A program made the position numbers and the translations under genes. Below are positions 28,416 through 37,887 of a DNA stretch of 64,000 nt, piece after piece. The notes below the pieces were generated by a model, which was given only the letters and a program-made list of their open reading frames with translations, searched no databases and was not told where the DNA came from. This DNA comes from Cenarchaeum sp. GTDB taxonomy: Archaea > Thermoproteota > Nitrososphaeria > Nitrososphaerales > Nitrosopumilaceae. The number at the start of each line of letters is the position of its first letter. The first letter of the stretch is position 1. The DNA is taken from assembly GCA_963692915.1 (NCBI GenBank), contig OY843584.1, positions 896,001 through 960,000 of the forward strand, in the 5' to 3' direction.

Positions 28416-29905
28416 TGCTGACCAGGCCTCCCGCGCCACCGCGGTTGTGCGGCAACCCCGCCCTCGACTGTGCGCACCGCGTGCTCTTGGCGCATCGCAG
28501 CGGCCGCAAGGGCCGCGTCGGCGAGGTTTTTCGTCTCAGCGGCAATGTCAGCCTTTAGGCGCTCTATGATCCCATAGCGCGACAAAAAGTCAGTCGACAG
28601 GTCGCCGCGCGCAAACTCTGCAGAGCGCAGGATTGTCCGGTATAGCGGTATTGACGTCTCGACGCCGTGTATGTCAAAGGAGTCGAGTGCGGCGAGCATG
28701 CGTCGCGTGGCCTCGGGCGTGTCCTGGCCCCACGTGCACAGCTTTGCCATGAGCGAGTCATAGTACGGCGAGACCGTGCAGCCAGGAAAGAGGTACGTGT
28801 CGCAGCGCACGCCCGGACCGGCCGGAATCTCGACGTGCGGCACAGGACCCGTTGACGGCGCAAAGTCCATGAACGTGTCCTCGGCGTTTATCCTGCACTC
28901 GATCGCGCACCCGTTAGGAGATATGGAGCCGGCCTTGAAGGGCAGCGGCTCGCCGTTGGCTATGTCAAGCTGCATCTTTACGAGGTCCATGCCCGAGACT
29001 AGCTCCGTCACCGGATGCTCGACCTGGAGTCGCGCGTTTATCTCTATAAAGTAGAACGTCCCGTCATCCAGGCGAAGGAACTCGGCGGTCCCGAGGTTTG
29101 TGTATCCCACGGCAGCCGCCGCCTTTGCTGCTAGCGCGCCGATTCGCTCGCGCGTCTCGGCGTCAACTACGGGGGAGGGCGACATCTCGATCAGCTTTTG
29201 GTTCCTTCGCTGTATCGAGCACTCGCGCTCAAAGATATGCGCAGACGCGCCGTGCGTGTCGCATGCGAGCTGGAACTCTATATGCCTGATCTTTTCGAGG
29301 AACTTTTCGACTAGTATTGCGGACTTGCCAAAGGCGGCCATCGATTCGCCGGTCACAGAGTCAAAGTTCTCGCGCAGCTCGGCGTCGCTTCCGCACAGGC
29401 GTATGCCGCGCCCGCCGCCGCCATAGACGGACTTTAGGAGGACTGGGTACCCGATGTCGTTTGCGACCGAGAGTGCCTCGTCAACGTCGGCGACTAGTCC
29501 CAAGCTGCCGGGAACCGTCGGCACGCCCGCCTTTTCCATGGCGGCCTTGCACTTCATCTTGTCGCCGCACAGCGACATCGACTGCGCGCTCGGGCCAATG
29601 AACGTAATGTTCTCCTTTTCGCACCTGCCCGCAAAGTCATAGTTCTCCGATAGGAACCCGTATCCCGGATGGACCGCATCGGCGCCAGATGCGGCGACTG
29701 CGGCCATCACGCTGTCCTGGTTTAGGTAGCTGCTAGACGGCGCGGCAGCGCCAATGTGGTACGCCTCGTCGGCCTTTTTGACGTGGAGTGAGTTCCGGTC
29801 CTCATCCGAATAGACTGCGACTGTCGCTATTCCAAGTGCGCGGCACGTCCGCATGACCCGTAGCGCTATCTCGCCCCTGTTTGCTATGAGAACCTTTTCA
29901 ATCAT
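28412..29905 (-). CDS. accC: Biotin carboxylase subunit of acetyl/propionyl-CoA carboxylase
   Basis: KVLIANRGEIA, HPGYGFLSEN, GGGGRGIR, ERECSIQRRNQK, EINARLQVEHPVTE. Confidence 0.96.
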   Translation of the reverse strand: MIEKVLIANRGEIALRVMRTCRALGIATVAVYSDEDRNSLHVKKADEAYHIGAAAPSSSYLNQDSVMAAVAASGADAVHPGYGFLSENYDFAGRCEKENITFIGPSAQSMSLCGDKMKCKAAMEKAGVPTVPGSLGLVADVDEALSVANDIGYPVLLKSVYGGGGRGIRLCGSDAELRENFDSVTGESMAAFGKSAILVEKFLEKIRHIEFQLACDTHGASAHIFERECSIQRRNQKLIEMSPSPVVDAETRERIGALAAKAAAAVGYTNLGTAEFLRLDDGTFYFIEINARLQVEHPVTELVSGMDLVKMQLDIANGEPLPFKAGSISPNGCAIECRINAEDTFMDFAPSTGPVPHVEIPAGPGVRCDTYLFPGCTVSPYYDSLMAKLCTWGQDTPEATRRMLAALDSFDIHGVETSIPLYRTILRSAEFARGDLSTDFLSRYGIIERLKADIAAETKNLADAALAAAAMRQEHAVRTVEGGVAAQPRWRGRPGQQ

Positions 29906-29911
29906 GGCAGA

Positions 29912-31459
29912 TCACAGGTTAATGTTCCCGTGCTTTCGGGGCACATGCGACTTGCGCTTGTCAGATAGCATGTCAAGGGCAGAGATGATCGACGCGCGCG
30001 TCATGGCGGGGTCGATAACGGCATCTATCGTGCCGTGCGAGGCGGCCCTGTAGGGGTTGTCGAACTTTTCGGCAAACTCGGCAGTCAGGCGCGACTTTAG
30101 CTCCTCAGGCGTGTCAGAGGCGGCAATATCCTTGCGGTTCATGATCCTCACGGCAGCCTCTGCCCCGAGGACCGCGCAGCGCGCAGTGGGCCACGCATAG
30201 TTGACGTCGGTCCCGAGGTTCTTGCTGCCCATGGCGATGTATGCCCCGCCGTAGGCTTTTCCCACAACGAGCGTGACCTTTGGGACAGTCGCCTCACAGT
30301 ACGCATAGAGGAGCTTGCTCCCGTGGCGTATGATTCCGTTGTGCTCCTGGTCTGAGCCCGGCATATAGCCTGGCGTGTCCACAAGTGTGATGATTGGTAT
30401 GTTGAACGCGTCGCAAAAGCGGATAAAGCGAGATGCCTTTGATGACGAGTTTATGTCCAGCGCGCCGGCGAGGACCATCGGCTGGTTTGCGACAATGCCA
30501 ACGCTTCTCCCGTCCATGCGCGCGTACCCGACGATAATGTTCTGCGCAAACCCTTCGTGAACCTCGAGGAACTCGTGGTTGTCGACGATCGAGCGGATTA
30601 TCTCCTTCATGTCATATGGAGTCTGCATGTCCTCGGGCAGGACCGAGACTAGCGCATTGTCGGTGCGCGCTGCGTCATCAGACGGCTTTAGGCGGGGAGG
30701 ATCCGTGGCGTTGTTCTGCGGCAGGAACGCGAGAAGCTCGCGTATGCGCTCCATGCACTCGTACTCGTTGGCCGCGACAAAGTGCGCAACGCCGCTCCTC
30801 GTCCCGTGCGAGTCGGCCCCGCCGAGCTCCTCAGCGCTTATCTCCTCGCCGAGGACCGTCTTGACCACGTCCGGGCCGGTCACAAACATCGTTGCCGTCT
30901 TTTTGACCATGACGACAAAGTCAGTCATCGCCGGAGAGTAGACCGAGCCGCCGGCTGACGGCCCAATGCTCGCAGTTATCTGCGGGATGACGCCAGAGGC
31001 CATGCGGTTGTGGTAAAAGATGTCGGCAAACCCGTCAAGGCTCATTATGCCCTCCTGTATTCGCGCGCCGCCAGAGTCCATGATGCCCACTATGGGACAG
31101 CCGACATCGACGGCGTGGCGCATGAGCTTTGTTATCTTTTTGGCGCCCATCTGGCTCAGCGTCCCGCCGAGGATCGTAAAGTCGTACGCAAAGACAAAGG
31201 TCTTGCGCCCCAGGACCGTCCCATACCCGCCGACGACGCCATCACCGGCGAACTTTTTCTTTTGCATGTCAAACTCGTGATAGTGGTGCGTGACGAGGGC
31301 GTCGATCTCAAAGAACGAGCCCTCATCGAGGAGGAGGTCTATCCTCTCCCTGGCCGTCAGCTTGCCCTTGTCATGCTGTGCGCGTATGCGATCCTGTCCC
31401 CCGCCCTCATTGGCCTGTCGCCTGTGGCGTGCCAGTGTGTCCATCTTTTCAGAATGCAT
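29912..31459 (-). CDS. pccB: Carboxyltransferase subunit of acetyl/propionyl-CoA carboxylase (3HP/4HB cycle)
   Basis: GKLTARERI, DSGGARIQEG, MFVTGPDVVK, RFCDAFNIP, KAYGGAY, RKHGNINL. Confidence 0.95.
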   Translation of the reverse strand: MHSEKMDTLARHRRQANEGGGQDRIRAQHDKGKLTARERIDLLLDEGSFFEIDALVTHHYHEFDMQKKKFAGDGVVGGYGTVLGRKTFVFAYDFTILGGTLSQMGAKKITKLMRHAVDVGCPIVGIMDSGGARIQEGIMSLDGFADIFYHNRMASGVIPQITASIGPSAGGSVYSPAMTDFVVMVKKTATMFVTGPDVVKTVLGEEISAEELGGADSHGTRSGVAHFVAANEYECMERIRELLAFLPQNNATDPPRLKPSDDAARTDNALVSVLPEDMQTPYDMKEIIRSIVDNHEFLEVHEGFAQNIIVGYARMDGRSVGIVANQPMVLAGALDINSSSKASRFIRFCDAFNIPIITLVDTPGYMPGSDQEHNGIIRHGSKLLYAYCEATVPKVTLVVGKAYGGAYIAMGSKNLGTDVNYAWPTARCAVLGAEAAVRIMNRKDIAASDTPEELKSRLTAEFAEKFDNPYRAASHGTIDAVIDPAMTRASIISALDMLSDKRKSHVPRKHGNINL

Positions 31460-31517
31460 TGCGCGCGTTGCGCGCGCCCGAGGCAGCATATATTAATTTA
31501 GGCAGTCGAGGCGGCGC

Positions 31518-32045
31518 TCATTCCCTGAGCTTTGAGCGGCCGCCCTTGGCGGTCCTAAAGACGTTCATGCCCAGATGATAGTTCTCATACAGGTGGTCAA
31601 GCGTCCGGACGCCCTCCTCGGCGGCCGCACGCTCGCCGCCTGACGCGTCAGGATCGGCCATGAGGCGCTCAAGCTCGGCCCTCTTTTGGCCCCTAAACTC
31701 GTCAATGCTGTTCTCATAGTTGCTCATGCCCCCGAACTCGGGGCTCAGGACGTGCTTTGGCACGTATGCGGGCGTGTTGTCCCTGTATGACTCTACATTC
31801 CTGGAGATCTCCTCGATCTCCTCAGGCGTGTACACGCGTGGCTCGGGCTCGGCCTCTTCCTCAGGCTCCTCGGTCTTTGCCGGAACCTCAGGCGTCTCTC
31901 CTGCAGGCGTGTCTGCACCCTTTGCCTCCGGGGCGCTGGCAGCCTTTGCGTCGGCCTTTGGCTCATCAGCTGCTGCAGGCGGGTTTTTGCACGCTGCACC
32001 ATCCCCCGATCCGGCCTTCTTGTCGTCCTTGTTCTTGCTGGCCAA
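31518..32045 (-). CDS. Hypothetical protein with disordered N-terminus
   Basis: TTG start about 25 nt after TTTAAA box; acidic Ala/Pro-rich N-half and globular-looking C-half. Confidence 0.75.
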   Translation of the reverse strand: MASKNKDDKKAGSGDGAACKNPPAAADEPKADAKAASAPEAKGADTPAGETPEVPAKTEEPEEEAEPEPRVYTPEEIEEISRNVESYRDNTPAYVPKHVLSPEFGGMSNYENSIDEFRGQKRAELERLMADPDASGGERAAAEEGVRTLDHLYENYHLGMNVFRTAKGGRSKLRE

Positions 32046-32208
32046 TGCGACCGGCCCGCCGCCGCCTGATTTTAAACCTTGACGTGAGAAGGCCATGCGC
32101 GCAGTCTAGGTGCTGGCCTCATACGAGTCTCAAGGCAGGCCGCACGGCGTGACTGTCGCGTCCTCAGGGTCGATGCGCACCATCAGGATGAGACGAAGGG
32201 GCCAGGCA

Positions 32209-32550
32209 TCACGCGAGCGTGGACTGGCCCACAGTGCGCGACGGGTTTAGGATTGTGAACTTTTTGAGCACGGCTGTGCCATACTTTGCCAGCGCGTCCT
32301 CCTCGGCGCACGCCCTGCATATGCACATCTGCGACACGCGCTCGAGGTCACAGTCATCGCGAGACTCGCACTCGGCGCATCCCGCGGGCCTGCCGCACAC
32401 AATGCACGGTATCCTTGGCGTCCCGTTCACGCACTCGGGATGCTTTACGCCCTCGCCCTTTAGCCACATGACTGACGTACCCACCGCAATGTCGGCCCCG
32501 CACTCGGCGCACTTGCCGGCGAACTTCATCGGTATCTTGCGCCAGCTCAT
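32209..32550 (-). CDS. Cys-rich putative zinc-binding protein
   Basis: CAEC...HPEC, CIVC, CAEC..C, CICRAC; 4-bp overlap with rfcL. Confidence 0.8.
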   Translation of the reverse strand: MSWRKIPMKFAGKCAECGADIAVGTSVMWLKGEGVKHPECVNGTPRIPCIVCGRPAGCAECESRDDCDLERVSQMCICRACAEEDALAKYGTAVLKKFTILNPSRTVGQSTLA

Positions 32551-33716
32551 CGCACCCTCTCGACCTCCTTTTCCACTATGGCGCGATGATCCTCGTCAAT
32601 GGCCTCAATCGGTATCGCGCCAGACTTTACGCACGCGGCGATATAGGGCAGGTGCAGCGAGGAAAAGTCCGATGACGAGGAGTGGAGCTCGGGGGCCGCA
32701 GAACGCGCAAATGCCCTTATCGCGCTGCCGTCCCAGCGTATGCGGTTTAGCAGCGGCCAGGAGATGCCATATTTCGAGTACGCAACGCCGAGTCCCGGCT
32801 CGTGTCCCATCGCCAGCGTGGAGTTTAGGTATCGCAATATGCGCCACTGCTGCGTCTTCATTATCCTCCCGTGGAGCATGTCAGCCTCTGATATCGCGCG
32901 CATGAGGCCTGCTGCCTTTGCCAGGGGCAGCGAGCTTGCCGAGACCACGCTAGAATAGAGCGCGCCTATCTTTTCCCTTGGGTCACCGCGCATGGACTCT
33001 AGGGCAAGGCGCGCGTCATGGCGCGTCTTTGCGCCAAAGAACGCCGTGACTGCCTCCTCAGAGGACAGTATTCCGCCCTCGTGCGACATGTCCGGATTGT
33101 ATCCCTGCGCCAGTGCCTGCGCTAGGTTGAACATTGTGCGAATGTCCCCGCGAGACCTAGCCAGAATCTGCACTATGGAGCCCGGACCGATGCGCGCGCC
33201 CTCTTGGCGAATCACGTCCTCTAGGTATATGCGCATGAGGCGCGGCGGGAGCGGGCCGAGGCGCATGACAGTGGAGGCCTTGGCGATGTTGCGCATCTTG
33301 TCCGTAGAGTCAGAGTTTGCGGCAAGTATCACGGGCACCGTCGGCTCCTTTAGAATTTTCACAAGCGCGTCGGCCCCGCCATAGTCAGAGCGCCCGTGTA
33401 TCCCGTCGACCTCGTCGATAAAGACGAGTGTCCTTCTCTCAAGGCTTCCCCTGGTCCCCATGATCGGCTCAAGGAGTGCCGTCAGGCTGGACCGCGTTCG
33501 CGTGTCACTTGCGTTGATGCCGACTAGCTCATAGCCAAACCTCTCGGCGACTAGTCCGGCAAGCGTCGTCTTGCCCGTGCCCGGCGGGCCCACGAGGAGC
33601 GCTGCGCGCGTGCCGACCTTCCATCTCGCAAGCCACGTCACGAGCTCGGCGCGAACCTTTTCGTTTCCGATCATCGACTCTATTGACTTTGGCCTGTGCG
33701 ACTCTGACCACATCAT
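32547..33716 (-). CDS. rfcL: Replication factor C large subunit
   Basis: WSESHRPKS, GPPGTGKTT, INASDTR, FIDEVDG, GDIR, QQWRILRY. Confidence 0.92.
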   Translation of the reverse strand: MMWSESHRPKSIESMIGNEKVRAELVTWLARWKVGTRAALLVGPPGTGKTTLAGLVAERFGYELVGINASDTRTRSSLTALLEPIMGTRGSLERRTLVFIDEVDGIHGRSDYGGADALVKILKEPTVPVILAANSDSTDKMRNIAKASTVMRLGPLPPRLMRIYLEDVIRQEGARIGPGSIVQILARSRGDIRTMFNLAQALAQGYNPDMSHEGGILSSEEAVTAFFGAKTRHDARLALESMRGDPREKIGALYSSVVSASSLPLAKAAGLMRAISEADMLHGRIMKTQQWRILRYLNSTLAMGHEPGLGVAYSKYGISWPLLNRIRWDGSAIRAFARSAAPELHSSSSDFSSLHLPYIAACVKSGAIPIEAIDEDHRAIVEKEVERVR

Positions 33717-34816
33717 TTTCGCATCCTCTCCAGCGCGAGATCAAACGTGTCGGCCATATCGCCGGCGCGCGCGTGCCAGAACAGGCCATAGTGGTCGATC
33801 GTCAGGAACAGAAACTCGAGAAACTCGACATTCGTCGTGCCCGCCGGAAGCGACTCTAGGGCGTCTCGTGCGCGCGCCATGTATCCCTCCTCACGCTCGC
33901 GCGTCTTGCGCAGGCCGACAGCGGCATTGCCGGCGCCGAGGGCCTCAAAGAGCGCCCATGACGGGACCTTTAGCGAGCCGCGCGAGACCGAGTCCTCTAG
34001 CTCGTTGCCGCACCCGACGCATTCAGACGCGTGGGCCATGCCGTCATAGAACGCCTGGCCAATTGCGCCGTCGCCGGCGGCCATGTTCCTGCCGGCTGTC
34101 CCCATGACGGCGCGGTACTTTTTGTACGACACCTCCATGTCTGCAGCCGTCGTGCGCAGCGGATCCGCCTGGATGCGCTCATCGACTGCCTGGCCGGCGC
34201 GCGCGTCGGCAAAGCCGGACTCGAATGACTCGAGCACTTCCTCGCCGCCGCTAGCTATCATCGAGCGCGCCGTTGCGAGTATGTGCGGGTTCATCAGGCG
34301 ATAGTCATCGAGGAACTCTAGGTCCTCATCACGGTCAATTATGCGGTCCATCGGCTCGCTGAGGTCTATTGCGATAATGTGCCCCTCGACTATCTCGCGG
34401 CGCGAGCCCACCGACGCGCCGGCTGCAGAGGCCGAGTCATAGAGCGCGTTGAGGACGGGGAGTGTCATCGTCACGAACTTTGAGTCTAGTATGCGGTCTA
34501 TGCGACGGCGCAGCTCGGCCGGATCAGAAAGTCGCGACTCGGCGCGCGCGATCTGCGCAGAGTCTAGCTCCATGGACGGCGAGGCGACCTCCTCGGTAAA
34601 GGCCCTCTGCGTGGAAGCCGGCGTCGAGTCCGACCGTATCCTCTTGTGGACCTCGTGCGCATAGCGCTCGGCAAGGCCCGCCGTCTGCGAGGCCGCCTCG
34701 CGCGAGTAGCGGCGATACAGCGAGTACCCGCGCCGGCGCAGTGCGCCCTGCCACAGGATTCCCCGTCCCGGACCTGTCGAGAGGAGGGCGCGTGTGGCAG
34801 TGACTGCGGCGCACAT
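33713..34816 (-). CDS. Hypothetical helical protein
   Basis: Long ORF with host codon usage, overlaps rfcL start; start set at ATG 34816 after an AT-rich box near 34840. Confidence 0.75.
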   Translation of the reverse strand: MCAAVTATRALLSTGPGRGILWQGALRRRGYSLYRRYSREAASQTAGLAERYAHEVHKRIRSDSTPASTQRAFTEEVASPSMELDSAQIARAESRLSDPAELRRRIDRILDSKFVTMTLPVLNALYDSASAAGASVGSRREIVEGHIIAIDLSEPMDRIIDRDEDLEFLDDYRLMNPHILATARSMIASGGEEVLESFESGFADARAGQAVDERIQADPLRTTAADMEVSYKKYRAVMGTAGRNMAAGDGAIGQAFYDGMAHASECVGCGNELEDSVSRGSLKVPSWALFEALGAGNAAVGLRKTREREEGYMARARDALESLPAGTTNVEFLEFLFLTIDHYGLFWHARAGDMADTFDLALERMRK

Positions 34817-34957
34817 GCGCGACGTGCGCGCGCATTTGTATTTATGCGTTAGAGGGGTCACAGGAGTTTGCCTTGTACGAAAAGTAGTGGACATGGCAGC
34901 AATACCTGCCGGGCAAGACGTCAACAATAATATAACAATGTGCGTTTTGCCGTCTTG

Positions 34958-35281
34958 ATGAAAGGCGCGATCTATCGCACGGTCAGCGATGCCGATACGC
35001 TCATGCCACACGTGCCGCTCCCAGGTGCAAACAGGGGAGTCCTTGCGCCCATGACCGGAATGTGCCAGCCGGCCGTGCCGAGTGCGCCAAAAAGGCTGCT
35101 CCGCAAGAAACCAATAGCGGTGCTGCCCAACTTTGTAAAGCCGACCACACAACCCAATGATCCCATGTCCGCTGAAGGGTCCTATAATCGCGGTCGAGGC
35201 ACATACGAGACAGCGGCCATTGGCGCCATAATCATGCTAGCCGTTGGCGCCGCCATCATTTGGGGTCGCGCGACCAGGTGA
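34958..35281 (+). CDS. Small hypothetical protein with C-terminal TM helix (possibly a gene fragment)
   Basis: Follows promoter-like repeat copy 1; ends AAIGAIIMLAVGAAIIWG. Confidence 0.4.
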   Translation: MKGAIYRTVSDADTLMPHVPLPGANRGVLAPMTGMCQPAVPSAPKRLLRKKPIAVLPNFVKPTTQPNDPMSAEGSYNRGRGTYETAAIGAIIMLAVGAAIIWGRATR

Positions 35282-35347
35282 CCGAGGCGAGTGACCATGG
35301 TCACAAAAGCCGCCATGGCGTTCAGGTGATTTCAGATGAGATGACAC

Positions 35348-35551
35348 GTGATGCATGACATAGACATTTTCGAAATTTTGTACTGGATGGCGTGGCCGTA
35401 TCATCTTCCCGTAGACTATATGTGGAGAGAGTTTGTCGCCACTGTGGTTGCTTCATTTGTGTATTCGATTACCGGTGTTACAATTGGGTGGGGCACACAT
35501 ACGATACGGTGCGCCAGACGCAGGCGCCGCCTGTCTGGCCAAGAGCACTAG
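35348..35551 (+). CDS. Small membrane protein or fragment, paralogue of 35735..35932
   Basis: DI...W.....H..VD..W followed by a TM helix and basic tail. Confidence 0.45.
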   Translation: MMHDIDIFEILYWMAWPYHLPVDYMWREFVATVVASFVYSITGVTIGWGTHTIRCARRRRRLSGQEH

Positions 35552-35631
35552 TCTCCGGCGCACATGGGCTCATAAACGTGCAGGAGTAATTCCTCAAACA
35601 GTAATATAGCAATGCGCATCTTGCCGTTCTT

Positions 35632-35932
35632 GTGAGGGCGGCGGTTCGTGTTCAACTGGTCAGTCATGCCAAAGTAGACATGGTGCCCATAGCCTTGCCT
35701 GACGACCGGGCAAGTTCAGTCGAGCGCAAAGGCGGTGGTGACTGTGGACATTAGCCAAGTTTTTCCCTGGTTGGTACAACTGGATCACGCATCCGTGGAT
35801 CATCGATGGTCGATTCTGTTTTCGGGCATACTGTCAACGCTGACGTTTACGATCACCTTTTCGGCGGCCGCTCTGCTAATATACAACAGGCTGTTCAGCA
35901 GGAACACAGAGCGCGCAGGCGCGCCACCGTGA
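35632..35932 (+). pseudogene. Probable frameshifted small membrane protein (intact C-terminal ORF 35735..35932)
   Basis: GTG 35632 frame (VRAAVRVQLVSHAKVDMVPIALPD) resembles the N-terminus of 34958 but stops near 35753; the TM part is in another frame. Confidence 0.4.
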
Positions 35933-36066
35933 CTGTGGGCTCGATGCCATCTCCCCTCCTCGATGGCTAGAGACCGCACCGTCTCTAGCTCACAGTTGCG
36001 CATGAGGGCGCCGTGTGCGCACAGACCCTTTTTCACTTAAATTATGCCCATGCGCGACACGACGGC

Positions 36067-36867
36067 GTGAACGAGGTCGAAGTCCTGCGCGAGGCATCCG
36101 TGCGCGCGCAGAGGGCAGTGGCAAAGATCGCCGGAACGCCGGCCGGCGGGGGAGACTATGGCACCGGAGCCGGCGGGGACACGTCGCACGCAGTTGACAT
36201 CGCCGCCGAGGAGGCCATACTCGCGTTCCTCAGGGAGAGGTCGTTTGGATGCACCGTGCTCGGCGAGGAGTGCGGGCGCGTCGAGATCCCCGGAGAGCCC
36301 GGAGGCCACGTGGTCATGGACGCAGTCGACGGCTCGGTCAATGCGCTTCGCGGGATTCCGTTCTACTGCTGCTCGCTGGCATACGCGCCGGGCGACACGC
36401 TCTCATCAGTCACAGGCGCAGTGGTGACTGACATGTCAAGCGGAGAGCAGTTTTGGGCAAAAAGGGGAGGCGGCGCGTTTGTTGGCACAAGGCCGATGCG
36501 AACCGGCTCGGCGCCGGGCTCCGAGTACCGCGTCATAGTCGTCAACGTCTCGGGAATAGATGCGGCCACTGCGGCGCGCATACAGCCCGTCATGGCCTCA
36601 AGCCACACGCGCCACTTTGGCGCCAATGCGCTCGAGATGGCCCACGTCGGGCGCGGCTGGCTTGATGCGCTCGTTGACCTGCGCGGGCGCATACGCGTTC
36701 AGGACATTGCGGCCGGTTGCCTCCTGGTTCGCGAGGCCGGCGGCCTAGTCGTCGACGGGAGCCTCGAGGAGCTCGACTCTGACCTTGGCTACTCGACGCG
36801 CCTCTCCTTTGTTGCTGCCTCGGGCAGGGAGATGCTCGAAGGGATAGCATCCGAGATTGGCGCCTAG
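36067..36867 (+). CDS. Inositol monophosphatase / FBPase family
   Basis: VDIAAE, LGEE, VMDAVDGSVNA, RHFGANALE, QDIAAGCLLVREAGG. Confidence 0.92.
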   Translation: MNEVEVLREASVRAQRAVAKIAGTPAGGGDYGTGAGGDTSHAVDIAAEEAILAFLRERSFGCTVLGEECGRVEIPGEPGGHVVMDAVDGSVNALRGIPFYCCSLAYAPGDTLSSVTGAVVTDMSSGEQFWAKRGGGAFVGTRPMRTGSAPGSEYRVIVVNVSGIDAATAARIQPVMASSHTRHFGANALEMAHVGRGWLDALVDLRGRIRVQDIAAGCLLVREAGGLVVDGSLEELDSDLGYSTRLSFVAASGREMLEGIASEIGA

Positions 36868-36896
36868 CGCACAGGCACCACTGGACAGTCTAGTTG

Positions 36897-36974
36897 TGGC
36901 GCCCTTGGCGGGATTTGAACTCGCGTCTCAGCCGTGACAGGGCCGAATTCTGGACCTGGCTATACTACAAGGGC
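36897..36974 (-). tRNA. tRNA-Asp(GUC), CCA encoded
   Basis: Reverse complement GCCCTTG...CGGCC-CT-GTC-AC-GGCTG...GCGAG-TTCAAAT-CCCGC-CAAGGGC-G-CCA. Confidence 0.95.
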
Positions 36975-37016
36975 GTTGCGCGCCCTGCCCGTGGGCCGAG
37001 TTTAAAATCTTGCGCC

Positions 37017-37883
37017 TCACGCGCGCCTGCGCACGCGTGGCGAGGCGGTGATGAGCGCGCACGCCTGCCGATAGTGAACCTCGTCTACCATCCGGCCATC
37101 CACGCGAAGGGCGCCCCTGCCGCGCCCACCGTGAGCCTCGTATGCGTCAATGACCCTGCGCGCCCAGGCGAGCTCGGCACGTGTGGGCGCAAAGGCGGCA
37201 TGAACGGCAGCTATCTGGCCCGGATGTATAACGCTCTTGCCGACATAGCCTAGTGAGCGGCCGTGCCGGCAGTCACGCCTCAGTCCGGCAGCCGAACGAA
37301 GGTCCTGCCATATCGAGTCAATCGCCACTGCCCCGCCGGCCCGCGCGTGGAGCGGGACGAGGGCGCGTGCAGCCTCGGCACCGGCGCCCACATCGCCCTC
37401 CATGCCCATGTCGTGCATCAGGTCAAATATTCCAAAGATGACGGCGCGCACGCGCGGCGAGGCCGACGCGATGGCAGCGCACGAGACGACGGCAGCAGCC
37501 GACTCTATTGATGGGATGATCTCGATCCGGCCAAGTCCGCGCGAGCGCTCGAGTGCCGCAATGCTGCGCGCTATGGCGCGAACCTGCGCTGCAGAGTCGA
37601 CCTTTGGGACCACTATCCCATCAAGGCCGGCGCGCACGACAGCCGAGATGTCCTTTCGAATGTCCGGCGTCGACGGCGCGTTTGTGCGCACAAAGACCCT
37701 GCCGGCGTGCTCTGATGCAAGCGCTGTGCGAATCATGCGGCGCGCAGTGGCCTTGTCGTCAGGCCGCACAGAGTCCTCGAGGTCAAGGCAGACAATGTCG
37801 GCCTCCATCGTGCGCGCCTTTGCCAGAAATCGTTCACTATTCCCCGGAACGAATGCGAGACTGCGGTACAGCGCCGCGTCCAT
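37017..37883 (-). CDS. citE: CitE-like CoA-ester lyase (HpcH/HpaI aldolase/citrate lyase family)
   Basis: RSLAFVPGN, CLDLEDSV, VVPKV, IESA, GKSVIHPGQ, DGRMVD. Confidence 0.9.
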   Translation of the reverse strand: MDAALYRSLAFVPGNSERFLAKARTMEADIVCLDLEDSVRPDDKATARRMIRTALASEHAGRVFVRTNAPSTPDIRKDISAVVRAGLDGIVVPKVDSAAQVRAIARSIAALERSRGLGRIEIIPSIESAAAVVSCAAIASASPRVRAVIFGIFDLMHDMGMEGDVGAGAEAARALVPLHARAGGAVAIDSIWQDLRSAAGLRRDCRHGRSLGYVGKSVIHPGQIAAVHAAFAPTRAELAWARRVIDAYEAHGGRGRGALRVDGRMVDEVHYRQACALITASPRVRRRA

Positions 37884-37887
37884 TGCC

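Noticed and set aside
34817-35152. 112-aa upstream extension of ORF 33713..35152
   Set aside because: It crosses an AT-rich promoter and the opposite-strand accessory unit; composition is not protein-like.
36897-36974. A-C mismatch in the tRNA-Asp T-stem as a sign of pseudogene or editing
   Set aside because: A single mismatch in an otherwise intact tRNA with CCA is common and tolerated.
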